The notes under the pieces were generated by a model that was given only the letters and a program-made list of their open reading frames with translations, did no database searches and was not told the DNA's origin. A stretch of 64,000 nt of DNA, from the NCBI RefSeq assembly GCF_006345805.1, contig NC_043004.1, positions 73,532,001 through 73,596,000 of the forward strand, read 5' to 3'. Numbering within the stretch: position 1 is the stretch's first letter; every line of letters begins with the position of its first letter. A program made the translations under genes and the position numbers. This document shows, in pieces, positions 40,504 through 53,764 of the stretch. This DNA is from Octopus sinensis (taxonomy: Eukaryota).

Positions 40504-42049
40504 AAGTCATCATGTTAATATTTAAATGCAATCTTGAGTTGGTGAGGTGGCAGAACCGTTAACATGCCGGGGAAAGTGCTTAGCGGCATTTCATGTCTTT
40601 ACGCTCTGTGTTCAAATTCATTAAATAAGTACCAGCTGAACACTGGATTTGATGTAATTGGCTTAACCCTTCCTTCGAAACCATTGCTCTTGTGCCAATT
40701 TGAAACCAACATTTATATACCATTCTAAATGTAGATCTTGGTAAACTGTGCTCTTACAGTAAACCTTGCAATACTTTAACAGAAAGGTTAACTCCCCTTC
40801 CTCCCCATACTGCTTGTCTTAATACACTTAATGACATTATAAGCTGATGTGTGTGTGTGTGTGTGTGTAACCGTGTGAGCAAATTTTTAATCGTGCTGCT
40901 AATTACACTATAAAATGGTTTTAAAATAGGATACATTATATACAAAATAATACTAACATAACATAGTTATGTTAAATGTTCGTTTTAATACTGCTACACT
41001 CTTCTTAAGTTTTTATATAAATATTCCCACACCCTGACAATAAATATTACAAGATTTTCAAAAAAGAAAAAGAAACAGAGTGAAGATTAGTTACATTTGT
41101 ACCAAAGACTTTGCTACTTCCGCAGAATAATATAAGCAGAAGCAATTTTACTAGCTTCAACTTGTAAAATGTTATCTCTTTATGAAATTGTAAATAATTC
41201 ACCAATCCTTCTCTCAATGGCGTATCTCTTTCAAAACACATTACGTATTTACAGAAAAGGTCTCCACTACTGTGAGTTAGTCTCATTGAAAATCATTTAA
41301 AGGAACAGATTTATCGTTTATAGAGACGCAGGTATAGCTTTGTGGTTAAGAAGCTCGCCTTGCAATCACGTGGTTTTGATTTCGGTTCCACTGCGCAGAA
41401 CCTTGGCCCAGTATCTTCTATTATCGTCCTGAGCCGATCAGTGCCTTGTGAGTGAATTTGATAAACGGAAACTGTGAGCAAGCCCGTCGGATATACGTGT
41501 GTGAATTGTTGTTTTTGTGTTTGTCCCCCACCACTCACCACTCGATAACCGGTGTTGGTTTGTTGACACCCTGTAACCTAGCGATTCGGCAAAAGGGCAC
41601 GAAATTGGGGTAGATTCGTTCAACTAAGCCTTTGTTTGTAAGTATTCGTCTTGTTTGCTATGACTCTCTCACTTTTTTTTTGAGGTCTCAATAAAAGTTT
41701 GTCCATGTTTAAATCTAAAACTAAAAACCGATTAAAATTGAAATAAGATAATTTATGTAAATTATGAATAAATCAAAAATTAAAAACTTCTAGGACTACA
41801 AGACAATTTACTTACAGACAATCCCGGTTTGAATATAGAAATTTAATATATCCTTTTCTACTCTAGGCACAAGGCCCGAAATGTTTTTGAGGAGGAGAGG
41901 TACAGTCGATTAGATTGACTCCAGTACTCAACTGGTACTTAATTTATCGACCCCGAAAAGACTTCGGCGGAATTTCAACGGCGGCAGTTGTTAACATCGG
42001 GTCTAATACGAAAGACGTGTCGCGTGTCGCATCTTCTGCTATATTTTTT

Positions 42050-44150
42050 ATTTGTGATCTAAGCAAAATAAAGGAGCATCAATTTCTTTGGAGACCAAGA
42101 TCAGTATTTTAGATCGTCTTCGTAAGGACGAAAATGCAGCGGCCTTGGGTAGAGCTTTCTGCCTGAACAAAGCTACGATAAGAACGTTCAAAAGGAAGGA
42201 TGCTGCCATTAGAAGATCTCTAGCTTCTGGAACAAAATTATCTGCCAAATCGTCGTCATATGCAAGAGACATGATTCAAGAAAAAAAAAATGGAGAAAAC
42301 TTTAATAATAAGGATAGAAGAAAACGATCAAAAAAGGATGCCAGTAGATAGTAAAACCATAAAACAGACGAATGTGCATTCATCTGTCGAGTGATAAAAA
42401 GAAGATTGGATTTGCTGCGAGTACGAGATGGCTTAGAAAACTCCTCGAAAGATACGCACTGCATAATATAAAAATGAGAGGCGAAATTACATGGGCAGAT
42501 TAAACTGCTGCTGAAGAATTTCTTCCAAAATTAGCCAAAATGATTGTAGAAGGCGGTTACATTTCAGACCAAGTTTTCAACACAAATGAAACTGGTCTCT
42601 TTTGGAAAAAAATGCCAAACAGAACGTATATAACAAAATCAGAGAAAAGTGCCAGTGGTTTTAAGGCAGCTAAAGACCGTGTAACTTTCTTGTTACGTAG
42701 CAACGTTTCAGGAAATTGTTTTATTTTTTTAACCGAATTAATCGATCAGTTCGTCTGCGTACAATGAAAGGCGTAGACATAAGTAAATTACCAGTTCTTT
42801 GGAGAATCAATGAAAAAAATCATGGATGACAGCAGAAATATTTACTGAGTGGTGTAACAACTGCTTCATTTCTGAAGTAAGAAGATAAATGGAAGATAAA
42901 GGTCTTGAGTTTAAAGTCCTTTTACTTATAGACAATGCACTCGTTCATCCAGATTTGGAACGCCCGAATGTAAAAGTCGTATTCTTGCCCCCTAATATAA
43001 CATAGCTGATTCAAACGCTTAATCACGGGGTATCATTTCAACCTTCAAATCGTATTATATCCAGTGAGCATTTGAATATATTATAGATGAACTAGTAAAA
43101 GATGGTATACTTTCAATCATTCAAGCATGGAAAGAATTTATTATAATTAATTGTGTTAAAAATGCTGCCCTAGTTTTATCCAAAGTAAAGCCATCCACCC
43201 TAAATGCCTGCTGGAGATCACTTTGGCCAGAATGTGTAGAGCCTAAAACTCTCGAATATAATATGCTGAGACCCCCTTTGGTTATGGTTGACCGTGAGAT
43301 TGCACCTAGAAAGTTACCCTCCCAGACACAAAACCGGGCAAGGTTGTTTATGGAAGACTAGCAATCACTCATGAATACCGACCTCCCCTCTCCACGCCAC
43401 CAGTGTTATCCAAGGGAAAGGCAAAGGGGCCGATACAGCTTGACACCTGTGACGTTGTAACTCATTTCTACTGCTGAGTGAACTGGAGCAACACGAAATA
43501 AAGTGTCTTGCTCAAGAACAGAATACGCAGCCCGGTTCGAGATTCAAAGTCACAACCTCACGATCGTAAGCTCGACGCTCTAACCACTGAGCCATGCGCC
43601 TTCACCGAATCTAATATAAATATGAACAAATTACTTTCTGATATCATCACTTTGTCACATCAGATTGGCAGAGAAGGTCTTTCAAGAATTAACAATTGAC
43701 GAAGCTCCTACTGAAGAACAAATTATAGAGAGTATTTCAGAAACTGTATATGATTCCACGGGTGTTTATAGTAGTGATGATGAAGAAGTTGTTCCACTAT
43801 CTGCGAGTACAATTCTAGAAGGCCTCCAAAGAGCCAGTGAGCTTGGAAACCATTTTCTTACAAATGACAACAATGTTGAACGAGCTGTACAATTCCAAAG
43901 TGATTTGAAAATGATTATGGCACGTTATGAAGAATCATATACAGAACTAACAAAAACAAAATCACAGCATCTGATAACCGAATTCGTATTCAAAACCAGT
44001 GAAACAAAAGAAACACTAGATTCTAATTTTATTTCAAGATACACATGAAGATATATCGCCTTTAAATATTTCCAGTGACCAGAGTGATTTTGCGTCACCG
44101 AAAAACCAACAGAAAGCGGGCACGTTTACTGCCTAGTAGTGACACTGAAT
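42050..44150 (+). pseudogene. pogo/Tigger (CENP-B/TIGD-like) DDE transposase, decayed
   Basis: HTH segment ETKISILDRLRK..LNKATIRTF; VFNTNETGLFWKKMPNRTYI..GFKAAKDRVT; KVLLLIDNALVHP..VFLPPNIT; multiple stops and frameshifts. Confidence 0.9.
43265..43605 (-). mobile_element. tRNA-derived SINE inserted into the pogo transposase, with 12-bp TSD
   Basis: Minus head GTGAAGGCGCATGGCTCAGTGGTTAGAGCG; TSD CGAATATAATAT (43253-43264) / CGAATCTAATAT (43606-43617), 1 mismatch. Confidence 0.8.
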
Positions 44151-44768
44151 GACTGAATGATTGCGTTATATATATATAAGAAACGAAAAATAATAATAAT
44201 AATAAAGCAGAATGCTAAACTGAAATCAAATTTCAATATAAATGGGTGTAAGAAAGATTAAAAAAGGAAATCAAACCGGCTTTGATCGCAAGGCAAATTT
44301 TCAAGATGAGGAAGGGGGAAAAAATTTATAATGTTTTTTCAAAAAAATAATAAAAATATACAAAAATTAATAAATAAGTATACCAATACATCATAATGTC
44401 TTTAAGCTTTTAAAGTTCAATATTATTCCATGGAAAAACTTTTTTGGCGGATTAGGATGTATGTATTATAGTGTAGTGTTTTGTTCGAGAAGGTTGGATG
44501 TTTATGTGTCAAAACAGGAAATGGGGTAGGAGTTATCCAGTTCCTGTGAATAAAGGGAAACAATTCTGTGGATTTTATACTCTTTAATTAGAATGCTGAA
44601 TTTTTTGCCAACCAAGATGCTTATATCTATTTTTTGTTAAACAGTTTGCTAGAAAAAGGATTTCAGTTTAGCATTCTGCCTTATTATTATTTTTTTCCTT
44701 TCCCATCATTTCCCCACGTGCGGTTAACACAACCCCACCATTTACTGACTTACATATATATATATATA

Positions 44769-45355
44769 AAATTGAATAAGGGTAGAAATTTATATTAATC
44801 AATTAAAACCAGTGGCTTAGCATATTAAAAAAATCCGAAGATTAAAATATTTTTTACATACAAAATTTAAAGGACTGACCACTAAAAGTGGACGGTCAAT
44901 ATGCTAGATATAGACGTCAAAATCGCTATTTTCCACGAAGAATGTGTTCTCAAGAAAAAACTCAGCACAAAACCAAAGCGTAAAAAATAAGCAAGACAAA
45001 TGAAAAAATGAAGGCATTTGAAAGATAAACATAAATATAATTTGTTGAACTCTATGCATACGGGACTCCAGCCAAGCGTTATGTATCTAGTTCTGGAAAT
45101 TATGTTTGTATACGACAGACTATGCTGATGAGCTTCCAGATTTTCGCGTATGCATATACGTGAATATTAACAAGTGAAACTGATCGGTACATAGGTAATC
45201 GTTTTTATTTCGTATATTTTCATTTGTCTTGCTTATTTTTAATGCTTTGGTTTTGTGCTGAGTTTTTTCTTGAGAACACATTCTTCGTAGAAAATAGCGA
45301 TTTTGACGTCTATATCTAGCATATTGACCGTCCACTTTTAGTGGTCAGTCCTTTA

Positions 45356-45361
<6 letters not shown>
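44769..45361 (+). mobile_element. Penelope-like non-autonomous element with inverted 145-bp arms and an internal HHR
   Basis: Arms 44862-45006 and 45217-45361 (about 3 mismatches by eye); both outer ends abut (TA)n. Confidence 0.75.
45120..45194 (+). ncRNA. Type I hammerhead ribozyme, intact core
   Basis: CUAUG-CUGAUGA-GCUU(long loop with UUCGCGUAU/AUACGUGAA hairpin)AAGU-GAA-ACUGAUCGGU-A-CAUAG; predicted cleavage after GUA at 45189. Confidence 0.8.
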
Positions 45362-45404
<43 letters not shown>

Positions 45405-45450
45405 TGTATGTATGCATGTATGTATGTATGTATGTATGTATGTATGTATG

Positions 45451-45486
<36 letters not shown>

Positions 45487-45521
45487 CTCAATCTATCCTA
45501 TCTTCTATCTATCTATCTGTC

Positions 45522-45554
<33 letters not shown>

Positions 45555-45556
45555 AT

Positions 45557-45605
<49 letters not shown>

Positions 45606-45842
45606 TATAATATATATATATATGTATATGTATGTATATATATGTGTGTGTCATTAATAAAAAATTCAATTTATTTGTATACGAAAATTAACATTTTTTC
45701 ATTAGATATATTTAGATGAAATATATCCCTAATTTTCATATGTACACTATATTTATTTTGCACTGTAGTCCCTGGAATGTCTCTCTTGTGCAAAAAGAGA
45801 ATTGAGTTTATATATGTATAAAAAATGGCTACGAACATATAT

Positions 45843-45909
<67 letters not shown>

Positions 45910-46043
45910 GAGCGTGGGCTCGAAATATTAAAGACTTTTTCACTTCCCGAGCGTTAAACTAATACATCTGTTTGTTGTCTACACACCTGTCTTCGTCTTT
46001 TGTTTTTTTTTGTGAATTCTCGCCCCCCTATATATATATATGT

Positions 46044-46089
<46 letters not shown>

Positions 46090-46120
46090 TATACATACAA
46101 TATAATATATATATATAATA

Positions 46121-46153
<33 letters not shown>

Positions 46154-46436
46154 CATACATATATACGTATATATGTAAAATATATAGAAACCAATGAAAA
46201 TTTGTATCTATATTTATAGTTAATGTCTTCATCATTCTTTTTTTCGGAACGAGATTTCTATCTTCGGATAAAGAGAATATTTCTTTTGTCATAGAAGACC
46301 CGGCTAAGTTGTCTTCTATGGGAAATGCATGTAAGCCCCTACCTACACACACACACGCGCGCTGCTTTGCTCCTGCTTTGCTTCATGTGTCTAGTCAAAC
46401 ATGAGGAACTAAAAAACTGTGCATCGGTATGTATCT

Positions 46437-46513
<77 letters not shown>

Positions 46514-46996
46514 TGTGTGTGGTGTGTGTGTTTGAGTGTGTGTATGTATATCCATTTTATGTGTATGTATGTATATATGTTTGTGTCAACAAAGCATAGA
46601 TGGGTTTCTTATTACCGAATGTTTTTCTTTATATCCGAATTTAGAAATTAAATATAAATACAAACACAAGTCTGTTTGCGACAACGTCTGTGTGTGTGTG
46701 TGTGTTGTATGTATATGAACACACACACACAAACACACACACACACACAGAGACGAATGTATATATACATTCATATATATATATCATATACATATACACA
46801 TTTATATTTACATATACATATATGTATAATATATATATATTCATGCATACACACGCACGCTCACACACGCGCACACGCATACCATATCTGTCTGTGTATA
46901 TATGTGTAGATATGTATGTCTGTGTGTTTGTACATGCCTCTGCGTATGTCAGCGTACATGGGGATTTGAGTATGTGTCGTGTGTGTGTGGATGTTG

Positions 46997-47037
<41 letters not shown>

Positions 47038-47086
47038 GTGTGTGTGAGTGTGTGTGTTGTGTGTGTGTATGAGAGAGAGAGAGTGT

Positions 47087-47148
<62 letters not shown>

Positions 47149-47599
47149 GTCTGGAAAAAATTCGGTGCTTGTTTACCGCATTTTTTCATCGTATCAATTT
47201 TAGATTCACTGAGATCTCTTAAACCCGTTAGGATGACCTTCTGCCATAGTTGTTGTTTGTTTTGTTGTTCTCGTCGTTTTTGTTGTTGTTCATATAGCAG
47301 ATTGTGCTGCTGCTTCTGCCGTTGTTAGTATTTAGCCTAAGGTCAAATATAGAACTGTAATCTGTGAATATTCCAGTCATGACCACTTCCTTTTCTTTTC
47401 TAGTATTTTATATCCAAAACCACTGAATTTGTGCTTCGGTTTTCTCCGATGTAGCAGCATTTTGGCTTACATTATTCAAAGCGAACTTTTCTTAAGACTA
47501 TACGGTTTTGAGTTGAGGGAAATATAGTAGTTATTTCTTGCAGGCCGAGCTCTCTCGTGCTTGAGTAAATTATTCACTTGATATTTTTAAAAAATTTAT

Positions 47600-49640
47600 A
47601 GGCGTAGGAGTGGCTGTGTGGTAAGTAGCTTGCTTGAAAATTGTGTTGTTCCTGTCAAGGAGTACCTAGAAGAGAATTGGAATTATTTTTTAACTGTTTT
47701 ACAATTGTTTTAAATTTTGGCCTGCAGTACCAAGTGGCCTTTGCTGTGTTTTGAACTGTTGCTCTCTCTTCTTCTGTCTTTAATTTTAAAAAAAACTTTA
47801 TTGAACTGTTAATTTTTTTCTCTCTCCTTCCTTTTGTTTGGACTTTTTCCTCTTCCTTCTTTTTCTTTGATTATTTTATATTTTAACAACTGTATTTTTG
47901 GATTCTTTTAAAAAAAACATGGCAAATAACAATGAAAAGTTGGTGGAGTGGGAAATTACACCACCCAATAAATGGTTAAAAGAATTTGAAAGTAAGACGG
48001 TGATTTTGAGGACCTACTCTAGGACCCTCGACGCCATTGCCGTTTTCAGAAAGGATATAATCGAAAGAGAGCTGGCAGAATTTAAGCCAGCGATTAAGTT
48101 TATCACTCGTGGGATCAAATACGCAACCGTGTGGTTGCTGTTTGACTCACTAGAAGTGGCCTGTGAATTTGCAAGTCAGCCCCTGGAGTGTAATGAAATT
48201 TTGTTTCTTCCCACTTATTGTGGGAAGAGTTTGACGAAGGCTTGTGTTTGCGACTTGCCAATAGAAGTTGAGCCCCAGTGGATAGGAGATACTATCCGCC
48301 GGGGTCTGGGTGGTAGTAGCACCAAGCTCCTCAGCGTAAATATTCTGCCTGCGGCTGACTGGGAGAGGTCAAAAGCTGTTTTGACCATATGAACCCAGTC
48401 AGCCGAAAGTCTGGTATTTCCAGACATTTTGAGAATGGCCGGTGATTCTTGAGGGATGCCCCCACCAAGTGTCATCGTTGCTTGAAACCTGGCCATATAA
48501 AAAAGAACTGTTCTTAAGGGCAAAGCAAAATCCCGGAGCGGTTGACGGAGACCTCTGTAGAGGAGGGAATGAAGGCGGCCGAAGAGACGGAGGTCTCATC
48601 AAAGAAGAGCCACAAAAGGAAGGAGGAGAGCAATAATGGGTGCTCACCAAAGGATTCTGGGAATGAGGGAGGGGAGGCAAATCTCCAGGTCACGGAGAAA
48701 CAGCACCCTCCCCCAGTCGAGAAGAAGAAAAAAGAAGAAGAGGAGGAGAAACGGGACATTGCCGGCAGTCGGAAACATGACGCCGGAATGTTACGGAGCC
48801 TCGTCGGTTGTGCCACCGGAGCGGGGGAGACACCATTAGCAGGAGTTGTGCCGCCAGCGGTAGAATTAACCAACCCGGACCCGATGGACCAGAAACTGTT
48901 GGTCTTCTTATATAGAGGCGGAGAGGTGGGAAAGATAGTGAAAGAACACTACGAGGGAATACCTTTGGTCTTCACACAGGACCCCGAATGGCCTCCGCAG
49001 ATAGCTGTGGAGGTCATAACGTTGCGCCTGTTTATGATGCTGGGCGGACTAAAAGAAGAATATCGCTCGTGGCCGGGTAACGCCAACTCGGACCCCGCCG
49101 TGATTTTAAACGAAGCATTGGTTATGGCGGAGTACACGGACACAAGCGATTATGAGGTGAAAAATTGACAAGAGGTTGAAAAGCCTCAGTGTTATAAAGT
49201 GTAAGAGGCCCAGCGCCTCATTTGTAAATGGACTAGTGCTGATTGTATATTGAATATTTTTGTAAGTTAATATTGGTAATGGACTATTAAGTCCAAAAAC
49301 TGTAAAAACTGTTGTGAGAGGTTCAATACATCGCTTTGTTTATTCTGTTTTAAAAAAAATAACAATGTTTTAGAGAAGAAAATCGGCGGGCGTTTTTGCT
49401 TTCTCTCATCAATATCATACTTATTTCATCATTCACCTCATCAATGTACATGTCCAACCCGCAGCTACGCTTTGTAATGCCTCTATGGCAAATTTTTATG
49501 AAGTAAAGTAGCTTGCTTACGAACTACATGGTCCCACTGCGTGGCACCTTGGCCAAATGTCTTCTACTATAGCCTCAGGCCAACCAAAGCCTTGTGAGTG
49601 GATTTGGTAGACGGAAACTGAAAGAAGCCCGTCGTATATA
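47600..49640 (+). mobile_element. SINE family B head split by a 1.87-kb insertion
   Basis: Head 47600-47635 resumes at 49506 as AAGTAGCTTGCTTACGAACTACATGG..GAAGCCCGTCG. Confidence 0.88.
47636..49505 (+). mobile_element. ORF1-only (HAL1-like / Tx1-L1 gag-like) non-autonomous retroelement, ORF disrupted
   Basis: Perfect 13-bp TSD AAGTAGCTTGCTT (47623-47635, 49506-49518); ORF from ATG 47919 with stops and frameshifts; CCHC knuckle CHRCLKPGHIKKNC at 48470-48511; charged tail to 49168; no EN or RT. Confidence 0.75.
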
Positions 49641-49794
49641 TGTATATATATATATTATATTAAATTAGAGATAAAACCACTATTAGGCAAATCAAACAGT
49701 GAAAAACATAAGCCAATACATAAAATTAATTTTAAAATATAAAAGTTAAATTTTAAAAATTATTTAAATAATTTAAACTTATAAATTTTAAATA

Positions 49795-50049
49795 TATATA
49801 TATATACAAATATATATATATATGTATGTATATTTTTATATTTATATATTATTTTATTTATTTATTATTTTATTTATTATTTATTTTATTTATTTATTTA
49901 TTTTTATATAAATATCAAAAGTATTAAAGTTTAATACTTTTGATATTTATATAAAAAAAAATAAATAAATAAATAAAATACATAAATTAATTAATTAATA
50001 AAAAAATATATAATATAAAAATATACATACATATATATATATATATATG

Positions 50050-50065
<16 letters not shown>
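49795..50065. repeat. AT-rich palindrome centred at 49929
   Basis: TTTTTATATAAATATCAAAAGTATTAAA-G-TTTAATACTTTTGATATTTATATAAAAA perfect core, imperfect arms beyond. Confidence 0.85.
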
Positions 50066-50145
<80 letters not shown>

Positions 50146-50172
50146 CATTATAATATATATACTATATATATA

Positions 50173-50220
<48 letters not shown>

Positions 50221-50224
<4 letters not shown>

Positions 50225-50380
50225 TACGACGGGCTTCTTTCAGTTTCCGTCTACCCATATCAACCACAAGGCTTTGGTCGGCCCGAAACTATAGTAGAAG
50301 ACACTTGCCCAAGGTGTCACGCAGTGTGACTGAACCCAGAACCATGTGTTTGGTAAGCAAGCTACTTACCACACAGCCAC
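50221..50380 (-). mobile_element. SINE family B 5' half
   Basis: Reverse match to family B head. Confidence 0.85.
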
Positions 50381-50480
50381 ATATATAAATATTGATACCT
50401 TGATACATAAGTTGATAGATAGATAGATGCAGGTTTATATATATACTTATGCATATGTATGCGCATATACGGATGACCTA

Positions 50481-50583
<103 letters not shown>

Positions 50584-50747
50584 ACCACGTGTGTGTCTAT
50601 ATATTTGTGTGCGTAAGTATATCTATTTCTCTCTTCGTCTATATCTTCATATAAAATATATATAGACATTTGTAAGATATGTAAGTATATGTCTTTGAAA
50701 AACTGAGCGAGCCAGCGAAAGAGAGAGGGGAGACAAAGAAGGACGGA

Positions 50748-50786
<39 letters not shown>

Positions 50787-51490
50787 GAAGAAAGAAAGAA
50801 AGAAGGGAAGAAAGGAAGAAGGAAAGGAAGAAAGAAAGCGAAATGGGGAAAAAGAAAAGAAAAGACAAATACTGTATACATAAATCAAAGACATATTTAA
50901 GATTTCTGAGTTCGAATTACAGTGACATCAATTTTATTAGGTACGGATCGGTGTCAGATTGTATATAGAAAAAACATTAAGTAAACAAAACAAATCTTTC
51001 ACTGTTTTTCCCATTGTTGTAGTAATAGTTGTTCTTGTGGTTGTTGTCGTTGTTGTTATTATTATTATTATTATTATATTATTGTTGTTCTTGTTGCTAT
51101 TTATTACTGCTATTACCAGTCGTGATGGTCTTGTTTTGCTTATGGTGTTTACTCTGGGCTAAGAGTCTATGTGCGTGTGTGTTTGTCTTTGTGTGTGTGT
51201 GAGGAGTATTTGGTAAGAAATAATGTAAAAACCATATTGTTACTATTGTTGATATTTTGTTTGAATATTTAAAAATACGACTTAAATATGTGAGTATGTG
51301 TGTGTATACATGTCAGCATGTGTGTGTGCACGTATCCATATGCATACATACATACATACATACATACATACATACATACTTACATACTTACTTACATACT
51401 TACATACATACATACATACATATATTATATAATATATATATATAATATACATATATATATATATATATATAATATACATATATTTATATA

Positions 51491-51890
51491 TAGGAGTGGC
51501 TGTGTGGTAAGTAGCTTCTTTACCAACCACATGGTTCCGGGTTCAGTCCCACTGCGTGGCATGTTGGGCAAGTGTCTTCTACTATAGCCTCGGGCCGACC
51601 AAAGCCTTGTGAGTGGATTTGGTAGACGGAAACTGAAAGAAGCCCGTCGTATATATGTATATATATATATGTGTGTGTATGTTTGTGTGTCTGTGTTTGT
51701 CCCCCTAGCATTGCTTGACAACCGATGCTAGTGTGTTTATGTCCCCGTTACTTAGCGGTTCGGCAAAAGAGACCGATAGAATAAGTACTGGGCTTACAAA
51801 GAATAAGTCCTGGGGTTGATTTGTTGGACTGAAGGCAGTGCTCCAGCATGGCCGCAGTCAAATGACTGAAACAAGTAAAAGAGTAAAGAT
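51491..51890 (+). mobile_element. SINE family B, full length
   Basis: Match to 15075-15485. Confidence 0.9.
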
Positions 51891-52034
51891 ATATATATAT
51901 ATATATATATATACAGAGTGAGAGAGGGGGGAGGAAAAGAAAGAACAATAGTTATTAAAAGTGTTTCGCTGTACCGTGTAACGTGACGTAAAGCGGTAAA
52001 GCGAGTAAGCAAAATTAAAAGTATCAAGAAACAA

Positions 52035-52333
52035 CGGTCCATTCAACCATCCGTCTTCACCCATTTAAGAGGGTCGTATGGGTAGAACTCTCAGAGGCAA
52101 CTGGCGTTACTCTTTCTGCCTACATTCCTCAGTATGACCAACTGAGACAAAGGATATTATCGAACCATCTCTTAGCCTGCTGCTAGGTCTTCTGCTGGTT
52201 GGGTCGGATTCGAGAATCGATCTTGCGACTCTTTCCTGCGATATTCTAAGCACATGTCCGTAAAACTGGAGTCATGATATCTCAATGCAGAGAAGTAGCG
52301 ACTCGAGCTGGAGAAATTCTTAGGTGGCCGCCC
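52035..52333 (-). pseudogene. RTE-clade LINE 3' fragment
   Basis: Minus-strand frame [42 protein letters not shown], homologous to 27035-27435. Confidence 0.7.
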
Positions 52334-52378
52334 TCAGATGACTGAAAAAAAGAAAAGAATAAAAGAATTATACATACA

Positions 52379-52424
<46 letters not shown>

Positions 52425-52494
52425 TATGCATACATACATAAATACATACATCCATACATACATACATACATACATACATACATACATACATACA

Positions 52495-52526
<32 letters not shown>

Positions 52527-52527
<1 letters not shown>

Positions 52528-53048
52528 GGTGGGATTGCGAAGGAGTAATTCACTTTGAATTGTTTTCACCAATCAATGCTCAAGTCTACTGTCAGCAATT
52601 AGAGCGTTTGAACCAAGGTTTGAAGTAAAAAAGACCTGCTTTAGTGAATCGAAAAGGAGTGATGTTTCATCAGGACAATGCGCGACCCCACACTGCAAAG
52701 ATCACATCACAGACGATCGAAGAGCTTGACTGGGGAAAAATTCCTCATCCAACTTATTTTCCCGACCTTGCTCCTTCAGACTACCATTTGTTTCGTAGTT
52801 TATAGAATCATTTGGGTAACATAACTTTTGCAAGCCAGGAGGAGGTCAAAACTGACATTTCTCAGTTCTTCGCTTTGAAACCAAAAGAGTTTTACATTGA
52901 TGGGATTAAAAACTTGTAAATAGATGGAAGGAAGTCATAGATAAGCAGGGAAAGTACATTGATGATTAAATTTCAATTAGATATAACATTTGATCACTTG
53001 TTTTTTTTATTCAAAAATTCGGACAGAACTTATGGGACGACCTGCTAT
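52527..53048 (+). pseudogene. mariner transposase C-terminal half with putative 3' TIR
   Basis: [50 protein letters not shown]; end ..AACTTATGGGACGACCTGCTA. Confidence 0.9.
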
Positions 53049-53369
53049 ATTAATATATGCAATCATACACACACGTACACACACACACAACCAAACACAC
53101 ATACACACACGTACACACACGTACACACACACACACACATACATATATTTATGTATGTATGCATGTATGCATATATATATATTAATATATGCAATCATAT
53201 ATATGTGTATGTATATACATACACATATATATATTATGTAATCATATATATATATATATATATATTAAAACATGTATATATATATGTATAGATATGTATT
53301 AATATATGCAATCATATATATGCGTGTATGTATATACACATACACATATATATGTATGTATGTATATAA

Positions 53370-53600
53370 CGGGAAGCTTTATGAAAATAGACAAAAGACG
53401 AAGGCAGGTGGAAAACAAACGAACAATCGTATTAGTATGGCGCTCAGGAATATAAATAAAACAAGTCTTTAAACGTTTCGAGCCTACGCTCTCAACAGAA
53501 AGATACACAGAGAGAAAAAAACACAGAAAGAAGGAGAGAAAAAAAATGCGTGCAGTAGCTAACGAATCAACATGGCGATCTGATTTCGGCCAGAGGTCAA
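53370..53600 (-). mobile_element. (TA)n-anchored element of the 35541-35728 family, with CUGUUGA HHR-like core
   Basis: Minus strand CTTTCTGTTGAGAGCGTAGGCTCGAAACGTTTAAAG at ~53466-53501. Confidence 0.55.
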
Positions 53601-53733
53601 AGATCAAACATGAGACGCGAAAGCGAAATAAGGGGAGATAATAGGGTTGATAATATGGTTGAAGGACCAGCTAATAGTGCGTAGGAGGGGTCTGGACGTG
53701 TGTATGTATAGGGTTGGTGTATGTATTAGTATG

Positions 53734-53764
<31 letters not shown>

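Noticed and set aside
42050-44150. Domesticated TIGD/CENP-B-like host gene
   Set aside because: Many stops and frameshifts plus a SINE insertion; it is a dead transposon copy
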